From: Yuukianura sp. NJ FZ-2021
Taxonomy: Eukaryota
NCBI GenBank assembly: GCA_046563655.1
Contig: JAJCTO010000013.1
Coordinates: 248,001 to 312,000, forward strand
Length of the DNA: 64,000 bases
Reading direction: 5' to 3'
Shown: piece by piece, positions 15,001-25,187 of the stretch
Layout of the letters: the number at the start of each line of letters is the position of its first letter
Numbering within the stretch: the stretch's first letter is position 1
The notes under the pieces: generated by a model
Databases searched by the model: none
What the model was told of the DNA's origin: nothing
The model's input: only the letters and a program-made list of their open reading frames with translations
Program-made: the position numbers and the translations under genes

Positions 15001-18000
15001 TGAAAAATGGAATTTATGCCTTGTTATCGCTCATAACCATCTTCATGGAACGCATCTAATACCGGTCCACTTTGTCGTAGTGCATCAACGACTATTACAC
15101 ACGGTGAACCACTTGTTGTCAGCCTTCATCTTTGACCTCAAAGGAGAAGTGCCGGTGAAATGACAAGCTCGTCCTCACTACAGATACCAACCAGTACTCA
15201 TTTTGACACTATGAATCACAATGACTCAGACGGCAATGGAACTTCAGGGGAAATCCCATTATTACATTGTCTAAATCAAAATGAAACATTCCGCATTATT
15301 TGTTATCTTGATTAGAATTTTTAGGAAATAATTTTTTATGTCGTACAACCACCCTGCACTTCCAATAAAGCACACCTGAATAACTGGTGTTCAACAATAA
15401 TCTGGAATTATATTTTAGCCCAACTCCACTATGCAACAAGTGCATAAATCTAACTGTCATTTTGGTATAAACTAATGTGGGAACTATACAACGAAGTTTT
15501 AAACATACTGAAAAATGGAATTTATGCCTTGTTATCGCTTCTAACCATCTTCATGGAACGCATCTAATACCGGTCCACTTTGTCGTAGTGCATCAACGAC
15601 TATTACACACGGTGAACCACTTGTTGTCAGCCTTCATCTTTGAGCACAAAGGAGAAGTGCCGGTGAAATGACAAGCTCGTCCTCACTACAGATACCAACC
15701 AGTACTCATTTTGACACTATGAATCACAATGACTCAGACGGCAATGGAACTTCAGGGGAAATCCCATTATTACATTGTCTAAATCAAAATGAAACATTCC
15801 GCATTATTTGTTATCTTGATTAGAATTTTTAGGAAATAATTTTTTATGTCATACTACCACCTTGCACTTCCAATAAAGCACACCTGAATAACTGGTGTTC
15901 AACAATAATCTGGAATTATATTTTAGCCCAACTCCACTATGCAACAAGTGCATAAATCTAACTGTCATTTTGGTATAAACTAATGTGGGAACTATACAAC
16001 GAAGTTTTAAACATACTGAAAAATGGAATTTATGCCTTGTTATCGCTTCTAACCATCTTCATGGAACGCATCTAATACCGGTCCACTTTGTCGTAGTGCA
16101 TCAACGACTATTACACACGGTAAACCACTTGTTGTCAGCCTTCATCTTTGAGCACAAAGGAGAAGTGCCGGTGAAATGACAAGCTCGCCCTCAATACAGA
16201 AACGAACCAGTACTCATTTTGACACTATGAATCACAATGACTCCGACGGCAATGGAACTTCGGGGGATCCCATTATTACATTTTGTAAATCAAAATCGAA
16301 CATTCCGCATTATTTGTTATTTTGATTAAAATTGTTAGGAAAGACTTTTTTATGTCATACTACCACCTTGTACTTCCAATAAAGCACACCTGAGTAACTG
16401 GTGTTCAACAATAATCTGGAATTATATTTTAGCCCAACTCCACTATGCAACAAGTGCATAAATCTAACTGTCATTTTGGTATAAACTAATGTGGGAACTA
16501 TACAACGAAGTTTTAAACATACTGAAAAATGGAATTTATGCCTTGTTATCGCTCATAACCATCTTCATGGAACGCATCTAATACCGGTCCACTTTGTCGT
16601 AGTGCATCAACGACTATTACACACGGTGAACCACTTGTTGTCAGCCTTCATCTTTGACCTCAAAGGAGAAGTGCCGGTGAAATGACAAGCTCGTCCTCAC
16701 TACAGATACCAACCAGTACTCATTTTGACACTATGAATCACAATGACTCAGACGGCAATGGAACTTCAGGGAAATCCCATTATTACATTGTCTAAATCAA
16801 AATGAAACATTCCGCATTATTTGTTATCTTGATTAGAATTTTTAGGAAATAATTTTTTATGTCGTACAACCACCCTGCACTTCCAATAAAGCACACCTGA
16901 ATAACTGGTGTTCAACAATAATCTGGAATTATATTTTAGCCCAACTCCACTATGCAACAAGTGCATAAATCTAACTGTCATTTTGGTATAAACTAATGTG
17001 GGAACTATACAACGAAGTTTTAAACATACTGAAAAATGGAATTTATGCCTTGTTATCGCTTCTAACCATCTTCATGGAACGCATCTAATGCCGGTCCACT
17101 TTGTCGTAGTGCATCAACGACTATTACACACGGTGAACCACTTGTTGTCAGCCTTCATCTTTGAGCACAAAGGAGAAGTGCCGGTGAAATGACAAGCTCG
17201 TCCTCACTACAGATACCAACCAGTACTCATTTTGACACTATGAATCACAATGACTCAGACGGCAATGGAACTTCAGGGGGAATCCCATTATTACATTGTC
17301 TAAATCAAAATGAAACATTCCGCATTATTTGTTATCTTGATTAGAATTTTTAGGAAATAATTTTTTATGTCGTACAACCACCCTGCACTTCCAATAAAGC
17401 ACACCTGAATAACTGGTGTTCAACAATAATCTGGAATTATATTTTAGCCCAACTCCACTATGCAACAAGTGCATAAATCTAACTGTCATTTTGGTATAAA
17501 CTAATGTGGGAACTATACAACGAAGTTTTAAACATACTGAAAAATGGAATTTATGCCTTGTTATCGCTTCTAACCATCTTCATGGAACGCATCTAATACC
17601 GGTCCACTTTGTCGTAGTGCATCAACGACTATTACACACGGTGAACCACTTGTTGTCAGCCTTCATCTTTGAGCACAAAGGAGAAGTGCCGGTGAAATGA
17701 CAAGCTCGTCCCCACTACAGATACCAACCAGTACTCATTTTGACACTATGAATCACAATGACTCAGACGGCAATGGAACTTCAGGGGAAATCCCATTATT
17801 ACATTGTCTAAATCAAAATGAAACATTCCGCATTATTTGTTATCTTGATTAGAATTTTTAGGAAATAATTTTTTATGTCGTACAACCACCCTGCACTTCC
17901 AATAAAGCACACCTGAATAACTGGTGTTCAACAATAATCTGGAATTATATTTTAGCCCAACTCCACTATGCAACAAGTGCATAAATCTAACTGTCATTTT

Positions 18001-18073
18001 GGTATAAACTAATGTGGGAACTATACAACGAAGTTTTAAACATACTGAAAATTGGAATTTATGCCTTGTTATT
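1..18073. repeat. ~508-bp tandem satellite array, block 1 (~35.5 monomers; continues beyond the window start)
   Basis: The same ~508-bp unit (cggcaatggaacttcagggg...aatgactcaga) recurs every 506-509 bp. ORF-track starts at 247, 755, 1263... confirm the period. Confidence 0.98.
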
Positions 18074-19131
18074 TGAAACGGGGTGATTTTCTTATGCTCC
18101 ATTGTTGCGTAAACCTAACACAAATACTATCCTTTGATTGTCCTCTGAAAACAACCAAACAGCTAATTGCAACAGCATAGCGGGTCTAACACCCGTCCCA
18201 CCCTAATTGACCTGACAACTTGACCCCTCTGGGTCCCTGGATTCTAGTTAGCTCAATGACCTGAGTGGACCGTACTTCAGTCCCACTCCCTACCCTACCT
18301 TCCACTCTTTAGGTGGGGCCGGTCCCACCCGACCCACATCACCTAAGTGTCTCAATATGCTCGTCTAGCTACCCTTATTAAATCATGTTTGAGAAGGGAA
18401 GATTCCCTTACCTTGGTCAGCTACGGTTGACACCAGTCGAACCCTGGACAGCAGAATCAGCGGAAGTGACGGTGGCAGATGTGCAAGCTCTCGAAGACGA
18501 GGAATTGACGATCGGTGAAGAGAATTCCCAGGAAGAGTGTTTATTGTTCCCAAAAAGACTTATTCTAAAGAGCAACTTTACAATCTAGCCAACTGATCTA
18601 AGAGAGAGAGATTCTTCCCCAAAAGCTAATTTAAAAATGACTTAACGCTAACAAGTTGCTACCTATATTTATAACCTCGCGCTTGACCCAGCTTGTCCTT
18701 CAACTGAGGGACGCTTAGAGACCTGAGTTCAAAGTTGGACGTTAATGACCAGGATCTCAGGTCCAGCTTTGTCATTAATGTCCAAGATTGAACAAAGTTA
18801 CGAGCCTATGCAAATTGATAAAACAGGGATTTTGAATGGGAAAATCAACTCTCTTGCGAGTGGACACCCCATGTTTGACAGATGTCAAACTTGCTGAGCA
18901 AGTTGTTTTACATGACAAGTCCAAAGGACTTGTCAAATCACCTTTTTCTTATCATAAGTCTTGAGACCTCCTGTCTCAATTTCCCAACTTTCCTTAATTA
19001 TCAATTTGCATACTCGACATGTCTCTTACCCGGTTTTAACTAGTTTTGTCTTAACTTAATTAGCCGTCCGAATTCGGCCCAACTTCAAATCAATTGATTG
19101 ATTTGGAGATGGCTCAAAATCCGACGTTACA
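18074..19131 (-). repeat. 3' LTR of element 1 (1058 bp)
   Basis: Near-identical to 26992-28048; I see one substitution (tttaggtgg vs tttacgtgg) and one 1-bp T indel. The PPT lies adjacent. Confidence 0.95.
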
Positions 19132-19145
19132 TTATTCCCCAACTT
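19132..19145 (-). other. Polypurine tract of element 1
   Basis: Minus strand reads AAGTTGGGGAATAA immediately before the TGT start of the 3' LTR. Confidence 0.7.
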
Positions 19146-20073
19146 GTTCTAATCTACGTCCTCGTAGATTTCCTAATTATGCAACAGAGTATCCTGACAT
19201 AATGGTTAAGGTATTCCGATCTACAAATTTGATGACATGGATTTGAAGCCTGAACTCATAAATGGATAACATAGAACTGTTCTACCCGAATTCAACATAG
19301 TATAATATTGATGTAACAATAGCCAAGGTTGAAATAAACTTATCATCATGAGTGAAAGCTAGCTTAAAAGAATGTTAAGAGAATTCCAATGGGTGTTTGG
19401 GACATTGGGTCTGCCTTGTCAGAGTAGTGGATGAATGCAAATGGATGCGTAGTTCTCTGCCCATTGGTCTCGTACTGTGGTCTCACCATGTGATGCAAGC
19501 TTTCAACTTTCGTTTTCTAGTGATGAAATTTGTCTGCGCTACTCCGAATCCTCACCGGAAGTTCTCAGTGGAGTCGTTGTAGTTTCAGCGATAATTACTG
19601 TAACGGGAAGTTGAGTCGTCCTCATCACTCATGAACGCTTCTGGTAAACTCTCATTGAGTTCGTTTGGGTCTCTGGGATATCCTGAGGACTGTGAGCGTC
19701 CGTGTTGACTTGATTTCCGTGATTTAACGTACTTCCGTGAGTTGAGAGGTGATCAAGTTTTCCACAAGGACTTCGTTGCTTAGCGCGGCATTATTGACCT
19801 TTTGCTCACAGGAGTTCGAACTTGATCAAAGCTACGTCGTACTCCAGCGCCCAATAGGACGATGATGTTGCAAATCAGACTGTAGTGATGTGTCCAGATT
19901 GGAACACATGAATGGGATGCGTTGGAGCTTCATTCTTCCCTTTTATTCTCTTATGGTTAAGTTTGTGAATATGTATTATGATTAATTTCAATGAATAACA
20001 TCGACCGCTTATTATCTACTTATGATTACAAATTTTAGTAACATTACTCTTAGAGGACACATTTCTAAGTGAT

Positions 20074-20958
20074 TTAATAGTTATGTGGAAACAGATTACT
20101 TCGAGGTCGTAGTTCGTAATCCTCTCTGGATTTGTTTTTAACATGGTTGATCAATTCTTCTCGAATTGGTAAACCATGATTTCGATAACCTTCGAGTGTC
20201 TTGGCCAACAATCGAAACGATGATTTAGCCTCACATTCGAGTAAGTCAATACAAATCATATCCCTGTATTTGAAATAATAACTGGGTGGATATATTTGAT
20301 AGTGTAGACAAATGTCTTCGATGTCTTTGGTATTTAACTGTGTGAAAAAGTTTTTCCGGATCGCGATTTGGCTCTGACGCCGATCTCCTAATTTCTCAAT
20401 GTACTGCAAAACTGGAAATAATTTTCCTTCTGGGAAAATTATACGTTTGCATTTGCCGAAGTCAATTGGCCTTGGGGTAAAAGATCTTCTAGTGCGCGAA
20501 CTAGAAGGGATGATGAGGAGATTAGATTTGATTATTCCAAACCACACCTTCTCGGCACATGTTGGACGTGGGACAATTTCCTTTGTCCTTGGAAGTTCCT
20601 GAACTTCCTCAAACCCAAATTCCTGATAATTTTGACAAACAATTTCGGCAATTCCCTGACCTCGTTTTATAACGCGGTCCTCAATGTCATGGGAAAATAA
20701 TGTAATTTGTATAGGCTCGCAACGCTCTTGTCCGATAAATTCCATTTTTACGTTAATTAAATTACCTAACTGCTGGGAAGGGACAATGCAACCAAAAGTT
20801 CGTTCCGGAACTTCTACTTGAATAAATGTATTTATGACTGCTTTCCCTTTTGCTGGAAGTGCAGTATCAAAGGGGCATGAAAACGTAAATCCTGGCAAAG
20901 TTGCGGAAGTTTTTCGTAAAGGCAACGCTGCCCATGAATGTCGCTTGTATCTCAGCAT
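20074..20958 (-). CDS. Degenerate dUTPase-like N-terminal domain fused to an uncharacterised C-terminal domain (294 aa)
   Basis: The N-terminal ~120 aa follow the trimeric dUTPase layout (LPLRKT..PGFTFSCP..LPAKGKAVINTFIQVEVPERTFGCIVP..IQITLFSH..IKRGQGIAEIVC). Catalytic motifs (AGxDL, RSG, GvID.DYrG, motif V) are altered or absent. Confidence 0.7.
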   Translation of the reverse strand: MLRYKRHSWAALPLRKTSATLPGFTFSCPFDTALPAKGKAVINTFIQVEVPERTFGCIVPSQQLGNLINVKMEFIGQERCEPIQITLFSHDIEDRVIKRGQGIAEIVCQNYQEFGFEEVQELPRTKEIVPRPTCAEKVWFGIIKSNLLIIPSSSRTRRSFTPRPIDFGKCKRIIFPEGKLFPVLQYIEKLGDRRQSQIAIRKNFFTQLNTKDIEDICLHYQIYPPSYYFKYRDMICIDLLECEAKSSFRLLAKTLEGYRNHGLPIREELINHVKNKSREDYELRPRSNLFPHNY

Positions 20959-20996
20959 TCTCGAGGTTATTTACTCAAATCTCTTCTCCTTTTGCG

Positions 20997-21695
20997 TTAA
21001 AGGAATTCCCAGAGTGCAATATCTAGCCACTCGTCCGTTACCTCTAATCCTCGCTGTATATAATGTCTCCTAGCGCGTTTTCGTGCTCTGCGTTGAGCGA
21101 CAGTGAATCCAGCTAAGTAAATCGGAAGTTCCTCAGCATATATCTTTTCTAAATGAGACGCTAGGTCCTCTCTGTCGTTTGTGTAAAGACGGATTTGTTT
21201 GGCTAATGTTAGGAAGCGGTACGGTTTGGGTCTAGGACCGATGGGAACAAACGTACAGTATTCTCGGAAACTATAAAACTCGTCTCTAAATTTGCGCAAT
21301 ACTCTCTCTAATTCTTCTGGAGAGAAGGTTACTACAGCTTGCCAGTGAAGTTGAATGGGTTGATTGAAGTCTAAGATAAATTGGCTTAGCGCGACAGGAA
21401 ATGCGTTAAGTGGTACGTTTGATAGGAAGTTTTCTATTTTAGTTTGACTATCATGATCAATTTTTAGTATCCCAATATTATATCCTGGTTTTAGTACAAC
21501 AACGTTATCAAATATAAATTTTTGTTTTGCGCGAACTTCTCTTTTTGTTGCTTCTACAAACGCTAATAGACTTGGGTAAACCTCAGTGATGTTGCTTATG
21601 TCCTGTAGACAACAGAACTGGAAAATCTTACCCAATGCAAGCTCTGGTAACTCGTAGAGTTGGATGGCTGCAGGTTTCTGCGTACCACAGTTCAT
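20997..21695 (-). CDS. Putative F-box-like protein (232 aa from the first ATG; the frame is open further upstream)
   Basis: LYELPELALGKIFQFCCLQDISNITEVYPSL lies ~12 aa after the Met and matches the F-box pattern L..LP.E.L..IF..L...D....V. The ORF track uses a TTG start at 21818. Confidence 0.55.
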   Translation of the reverse strand: MNCGTQKPAAIQLYELPELALGKIFQFCCLQDISNITEVYPSLLAFVEATKREVRAKQKFIFDNVVVLKPGYNIGILKIDHDSQTKIENFLSNVPLNAFPVALSQFILDFNQPIQLHWQAVVTFSPEELERVLRKFRDEFYSFREYCTFVPIGPRPKPYRFLTLAKQIRLYTNDREDLASHLEKIYAEELPIYLAGFTVAQRRARKRARRHYIQRGLEVTDEWLDIALWEFL

Positions 21696-22642
21696 GTGAT
21701 CGTGGCTGTATATTCCCCTGGATGGTTCCAAATTTTTGTATTCTCCAGGCTCGGTTTCTGATACGCGAGTTGGCAATCGCACGCGCCAGCACTGGAAGTC
21801 GTCTGGATAAATTCTCAAGCGAGATTTCCTTGATAACCTAAAATCGTTATGTTTCTGACGAATATGATTAATAGTTTTTGAATCTACACGACTACTTTTG
21901 ATTTCTTTCTGACCATTTCTCTGTTCCAGACCTAACGTAGTCGAACATGTTTGATATATCTCCTCCTAAGCATTCGGCTAAGTTTGCGTCAGTTACGCGT
22001 AACCAAAAATTCATTGTAATTCTATGAAACCTAACACATGTAAACAGCAGTGTGTGTTTTGTTCACGCTAGTTTCTAATGCTGATGTAAGTGGAACAGTA
22101 GGCGACTGATGACTGATGACTGTGTATAATAGTTGAGTATAACTAGGCGATGACAATAAACTCAAATTCCTACCTTATCAGTTGTTTCCTATACTTAAAC
22201 GAATGCTAAACGCAGTTGCTTTAAGAAATGTCTTCATAAGAGAAAACAGTAAACTAAACATCAGTGATTCAGTTCTTGACTGGAGTCGAGGTACTTCATT
22301 CTTTCTGGTGACCCTAATGTCTATGGCCAATCTTATGTCAACAGTATCACCATTATTTTAAATTTTATAAATTCGAACTAAGATTAATGCACCAAATTTC
22401 GATTTCTATTGCTCATCTAATTTTGAACTTGGAAAACCAAAGGCTTATTATCTGTGGCCCCGTTGGTTATTTTAATTCAGTATGTGGTATTATTACCATT
22501 CGAACGATTGCATCTCGAAACTATCTACTTTTATCACACACTTCTAACTTTTCAAAAAAAAAAATTATTGGCTGCCAACACACTACTTGAGTGCCTTCCC
22601 CAACTTCGTCTGCTGCTACTCCTGGAGCAGCGGTTGTCGTAG

Positions 22643-23317
22643 TTAAGCGGAGTCTTGCTTCCTGTTCATCATAAATTCGTAGTCTTCTTTTTGAATGAGA
22701 ATGTCAACGACATCTTGAGGAGTTTTCGGCTGACGAAGAAAGACCTCATAACTTTCGTCTGGATTTAGACCTTTCAATAAATATTTGATGCGTTTCTCGT
22801 TTTTCATAACAGTTCCCTGACTCTTGTCTAGTTGGTCGCACAAGCGCATGATCTTGCTACAATATTCTTCGATACGGACGTTCTTCCCTCGTCGCATCTG
22901 GGCGAGTTTATGTTCAAGGGCGTCTTCGGTGAGACGAGACTTAAAGTCCAGCTGAAAAGCTGCCTCAATTTTAGGCCATGACAATGGCACTTTCTCACCG
23001 TCGTCATCAATGTTGGCTGGATCCCTTTTCCAGTCCGTGCAGTAATTCAGCCACCAAGTCTTGGCGTATTTGGTAAGATAGAGCGGAAAATGGGTGACCT
23101 TCGCAGCGTCATCCCAGTGCTGCGAAGCGGCGACCGCCTTAAACGTTTGCATAAAATTCGTAGCTGGTGTTCCCCGTTTCCCTTCAAACATGGGGTCACC
23201 CGGTGGGGTCCACACGGAAACAAACACGTTCCCAGTTCCTATAGGTGGCACTAATGCCATTGGGCCAGGGCCACTCCCTCCTGGAGTCCCTGCACCGGTT
23301 TTGTCCGGATCGCTCAT
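22643..23317 (-). CDS. gag: Ty3/gypsy Gag capsid protein (Arc-like, both CA lobes, no nucleocapsid zinc knuckle), 224 aa
   Basis: Typical retrotransposon gag motifs: PMFEG..NFMQTF..WDDAAKV..LYLTKYAKTWW..SWPKIEAAFQLDF..KLAQMRRGKNVRIEEYCSKIMRLCDQLD..KRIKYLLKGL..PKTPQDVV. Confidence 0.88.
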   Translation of the reverse strand: MSDPDKTGAGTPGGSGPGPMALVPPIGTGNVFVSVWTPPGDPMFEGKRGTPATNFMQTFKAVAASQHWDDAAKVTHFPLYLTKYAKTWWLNYCTDWKRDPANIDDDGEKVPLSWPKIEAAFQLDFKSRLTEDALEHKLAQMRRGKNVRIEEYCSKIMRLCDQLDKSQGTVMKNEKRIKYLLKGLNPDESYEVFLRQPKTPQDVVDILIQKEDYEFMMNRKQDSA

Positions 23318-23825
23318 GGAGCCTTAGATGGTTCCCGTTAAGTCGAGACTTGGGAACTACTTCTCTCCCGTTTAGAAGTTGGAAGTAAAATAAGACGATC
23401 AGACCTGCCCACCTTCGTGGTCGTACTAGTGTGCTGGCTTTTCCTTGCCACACGATCGTCCTTCACAGTGGATTGGATGGAGGTTGAACTGTGTCAACCA
23501 GTACCGCTGGTATAGTAATGATGTCTGGATTCGTTGGAGTGGTGCTTGACCCTGCTTGTGTGCCTGAAGTGACTTCCTCCGCTCGATTCTTAGGATACTT
23601 CGACTTAGACCGATTGTCCTTCAGCACCGAATCCAGTACAGTAAACGAAAATTCCGGTGTTCCTCGTTCTTTCTTTTCCCTGAACCGGAATCACCAGTAC
23701 TCGTGCCCTCAAATTAGGCACAGTACCTTAATCAAAATAATACCATGAGTTCACTCATGTGACTCGATAATTAATCTCGGAAATTCAAAACATGGATTTT
23801 TTTTTTACTACTTTTAATTGGATAA

Positions 23826-25187
23826 TTAACAGAATGAATTCCAATTGGTAATCTGTGCAATCAGTGAAACCATTACACTGAGAATTGCCTGAGTGAGTGA
23901 CCCTATCTCGGCTGCCCCGGCAGTCGGGTCATTCTCTTCGGACTCACAATTAAATTTCAGGAACTCTGCTAACCGACAATATCGTTGGAGTCGGAAGTTC
24001 CAATCATAGTCTATAATATAGCTATATTCTAGTGAAGAGAATCCTAAGCGGTACTCGACAAAGCTAACGATGGGTGCACGAACTTGACTTAATCGTGCAG
24101 GGTATTCGACTTTATCCTTGGGAAACAATTTCCCCTGAGAGTGGTAGTAACCTAGCCATGTGCCATTGACTTGTAAATACAAGTCCCTTCTGTGCGTTAT
24201 CACTCCGGTAATCGGAGTTGAAATTCCTAATTCTTTGGTTCCTAATGGGTACCCTTGCTCTAGTAGGTTGGTGAAATATTTCCAATATTGCCCGTTAGTA
24301 AAAATGTAAACAAAATCATCGAACAAAAAGATTTTGTTGATCTTAGTATTTTCTGGAAAATGTTGATAGTATTGAAAGTTGGTTATGAATCTGGGGTAGC
24401 TAAGCTTGCCTGATTTCTCCACTTGGTAATGTCCAAAACCTTGGAACAGGAAATAGACATTGTTCAATTGGTATGCGTGTTCGATATGATCGCTGCATAC
24501 AGCTGTGCTAAGTTGGTTTTGGACTTCCTTCTGTTCGGCATCAATTTGAATTCCAAGCTGAGTTTGTTCATATAGTTTGTCAAGGGCTTGTCTATCTACA
24601 ATGTCTAATTTTAGTTTAGGGTCCCGTAATTTGTACCAAGGGTACATGATAGAGCTATTCTCTGAAGTGTGGGTAAGCCCCAGAGCATGACCCACTTCGT
24701 GTAACATTACAGTGTATAGGTTAATGCCAGTGGCATTAGAACCAGTCACCCAATTTTCAGATGCATCTAAATGTATATGACTTCCTAGTCCCTCGCTAGG
24801 ATAAGATGCGTGGCCTAGGATACCACTCTCAGCATCAAATGGCTTAGAATCGTTATGATCAAATTTCACAAATTTGATTTGAATCTCTACATGTGAGTCA
24901 TCGGGCTTATGAACAAAAGTCAAATTGGAAACTTCGTTCCACCTAGATAAGGCTAGCCTAACATCGGCACTAGCATCTACTTCCCCGATTTCCAAGGGTA
25001 CATCTTGTATGGTCCATCCTAACTGAAACGCTGACCACATCCTTGGGTTGAACACGCGACGCTTCGTTTTCAGATTGTCTGTGGGGTCATCCTCCCAACA
25101 TCGGATGGCTCCGTCTTCTTCTCTCACGAGTACGGATCCTGTAGCCATCAGCGTTAGCGTCGTAAAAAGTAAAGCGTATGAAGACAT
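23826..25187 (-). CDS. Secreted matrix metalloproteinase (peptidase M10A) with hemopexin-like C-terminal region and hydrophobic tail, 453 aa, intronless
   Basis: Hydrophobic N-terminus MSSYALLFTTLTLMATGS; KTKRR furin-like site; structural Zn/Ca region HNDSKPFDAESGILGHASYP..HIHLDASENW; catalytic HEVGHALGLTH (~24669-24701); Met-turn SIMYPWY; hemopexin-like YFLFQG../YPRFI../VYIFTNGQYWKY../GYP repeats. Confidence 0.95.
   Translation of the reverse strand: MSSYALLFTTLTLMATGSVLVREEDGAIRCWEDDPTDNLKTKRRVFNPRMWSAFQLGWTIQDVPLEIGEVDASADVRLALSRWNEVSNLTFVHKPDDSHVEIQIKFVKFDHNDSKPFDAESGILGHASYPSEGLGSHIHLDASENWVTGSNATGINLYTVMLHEVGHALGLTHTSENSSIMYPWYKLRDPKLKLDIVDRQALDKLYEQTQLGIQIDAEQKEVQNQLSTAVCSDHIEHAYQLNNVYFLFQGFGHYQVEKSGKLSYPRFITNFQYYQHFPENTKINKIFLFDDFVYIFTNGQYWKYFTNLLEQGYPLGTKELGISTPITGVITHRRDLYLQVNGTWLGYYHSQGKLFPKDKVEYPARLSQVRAPIVSFVEYRLGFSSLEYSYIIDYDWNFRLQRYCRLAEFLKFNCESEENDPTAGAAEIGSLTQAILSVMVSLIAQITNWNSFC

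Noticed and set aside
1..18073. CRISPR array, 5S rDNA or tRNA array interpretation
   Set aside because: There are no unique spacers, and I recognise no 5S or tRNA sequence in the monomer.
17833..18102. 89-aa minus-strand ORF crossing the LTR/satellite junction
   Set aside because: A chance fusion of the LTR end with satellite sequence, with no evidence of function.
18385..18588. 67-aa plus-strand ORF duplicated at 27303-27506
   Set aside because: It lies within the LTRs, antisense to the element. The duplication is explained by LTR identity.
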